Shown here: one piece after another, positions 59,185 to 60,377 of the stretch
Position numbering within the stretch: position 1 is the first letter of the stretch
Layout of the letters: each line of letters starts with the position of its first letter
Source of the DNA: an uncultured virus (IMG/VR IMGVR_UViG_3300042519_000373)
Taxonomy: Duplodnaviria; Heunggongvirae; Uroviricota; Caudoviricetes
Length of the DNA: 60,377 nucleotides
Reading direction: 5' to 3' (one strand)
Virus record (IMG/VR): IMGVR_UViG_3300042519_000373
Coordinates: 62,001-122,377 of that record
Position numbers and translations under genes: made by a program
The notes under the pieces: generated by a model
The model's database searches: none
What the model was told of the DNA's origin: nothing
Seen by the model: the letters and a program-made list of their open reading frames with translations, nothing else

Positions 59185-59213
59185 ATTATATAGGCAGATA
59201 TTTATTCTGTCAA
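59185..59213 (-). promoter_or_regulatory. Consensus sigma70 promoter of queD
   Basis: TTGACA-17 nt-TATAAT, with TAAATA inside the spacer. Confidence 0.82.
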
Positions 59214-59217
59214 GTGT

Positions 59218-60297
59218 TTAAGCTCTAATTTCACCAAAATTCTTCCAAGTGCCCGGAGTGCCAGATCTGACACAGACCCAACCAATGAAGCCCTGTGGTA
59301 GAGGATTGTCATTCCATACAATGTCTCCTTGTTGGTAAGCACCTTGTGTTGGAGGTTCAACTCCACGCATCTGTAGCTTTCCGCCAATTCGAACATTCCC
59401 ACCAACTTCAAATGCTTCAGTTGGATTCTTCACGTTGATGGCCAGTTTACCGTATGCACGAATAACTGTGCTGTCACGGAGTTCATGTCCAAATGTAATA
59501 TGGCCCTGTTCATCAATACTTACGCGAACTTGGTCATCTGTAATAATGTCCAGTGCCTTGGTATTCAGAGTACCGATGCGGCCACGGCCTCGATCGTCTG
59601 AATCAATAACTACTTCAACATTATTTGGATAATCGTAAACTGTAAACAATGCAGTAGGAGCATCTTGTCCTAGGCTGAATCTATTAGCAATGGGGTTGTA
59701 AAAAACAAAGTCGTTAAAGTTTACAGCACCACTTACATTTAAGTCACGGAGTGTTCCTACAGTTTTTAAACTGGAATTAACAATGCTACTGCCCAGGCTT
59801 TCGCTAGTAAGTACACTGGCACCACCAATAAGATAGTTTCTGCCTTTGGCAATTTCGATGCTTTCTGTACTAAAGAATCGATCAGGACCAGCCATCAACA
59901 CCAATTGTTTATTGTAAGGGGCACCTGGCCATAACAATCCTGTACCTACGTTTGTACCGCTTTCTCCGTGTGCAAACTCTAGATATTGCTTTTCATAAAT
60001 CTGATTTGTGATAATTTCTGTAGTACGAACAAATCCTGCATCTAGTACACCATAGATTTTAACATCCCCTCGGAATGTAGTGTTACCTTCGATGTTCTTT
60101 ACATTCAGTGTCTGTACTGTAATTTTATCATCTTCTACAACTAACGTCTGTTTTGTAGCAAGATCTTTAATACCTGTGCTACCAAAATTGGTAATTGTTC
60201 CGCCATCAATAACATCGCCGCTAAAATCGTTTTCTACAATTAATAAGCTGCCGCGTGGAATATTTTCTAGATTACCTGCATCAAATGTCTTTACCAT
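59218..60297 (-). CDS. Probable virion structural/tail-associated protein
   Basis: Beta-rich 359 aa; C-terminal GDIVWNDNP...GWVCVRSGTPGTWK motif typical of fibre ends. Confidence 0.6.
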   Translation of the reverse strand: MVKTFDAGNLENIPRGSLLIVENDFSGDVIDGGTITNFGSTGIKDLATKQTLVVEDDKITVQTLNVKNIEGNTTFRGDVKIYGVLDAGFVRTTEIITNQIYEKQYLEFAHGESGTNVGTGLLWPGAPYNKQLVLMAGPDRFFSTESIEIAKGRNYLIGGASVLTSESLGSSIVNSSLKTVGTLRDLNVSGAVNFNDFVFYNPIANRFSLGQDAPTALFTVYDYPNNVEVVIDSDDRGRGRIGTLNTKALDIITDDQVRVSIDEQGHITFGHELRDSTVIRAYGKLAINVKNPTEAFEVGGNVRIGGKLQMRGVEPPTQGAYQQGDIVWNDNPLPQGFIGWVCVRSGTPGTWKNFGEIRA

Positions 60298-60320
60298 GGT
60301 GTTGTTCCGTAAATGTGAGA

Positions 60321-60359
60321 AGCCCCTAAGTGCTTTTGTGTATTTAGCACATAGGGGCT
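60321..60359 (-). promoter_or_regulatory. Hairpin enclosing a TAAATA late-promoter core
   Basis: agccccta-a-gtgct ... agcac-a-taggggct with tattta at 60341-60346. Confidence 0.5.
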
Positions 60360-60377
60360 CTACAGTTTAGGAACGAT

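Noticed and set aside
1..60377. Stop-codon reassignment, introns/inteins, tRNAs, diversity-generating retroelement
   Set aside because: Known genes translate full length in the standard code with TAA, TGA and TAG all used as stops; the polymerase is uninterrupted; no tRNA cloverleaf, reverse transcriptase or adenine-specific repeat pair was seen by eye.

Overview
A 60 kb piece of a large, AT-rich dsDNA tailed phage (T4-like myovirus gene repertoire). The host is probably Gram-negative, given the spanins and sigma70-type promoters. Almost all genes are on the minus strand. In coordinate order: (1) RNase H and a 7-deazaguanine DNA-modification cluster (queE, MazG-like, cupin, folE, short UDP-sugar dehydrogenase, glycosyltransferase, DpdL-like T-fold protein, TGT/DpdA-like), with queD about 50 kb away behind a structured 5' leader; (2) sliding clamp and family B DNA polymerase; (3) a block of probable capsid-packaged internal proteins with T4-like capsid-targeting N-termini, including a 1602-aa multi-enzyme polyprotein and modules separated by a DNA-conserved 15-bp repeat encoding GVAE; (4) clpA-def-dnaJ; (5) lysis cassette; (6) phoH, clamp loader, small accessory genes, groES and a stand-alone DnaE fragment; (7) S8 protease, three collagen-like fibres and baseplate/tail proteins; (8) uvsE, AbrB-like genes and queD. 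No tRNA, rRNA, CRISPR array or transposase was recognised. All product calls come from motif recognition by eye; no searches were run.
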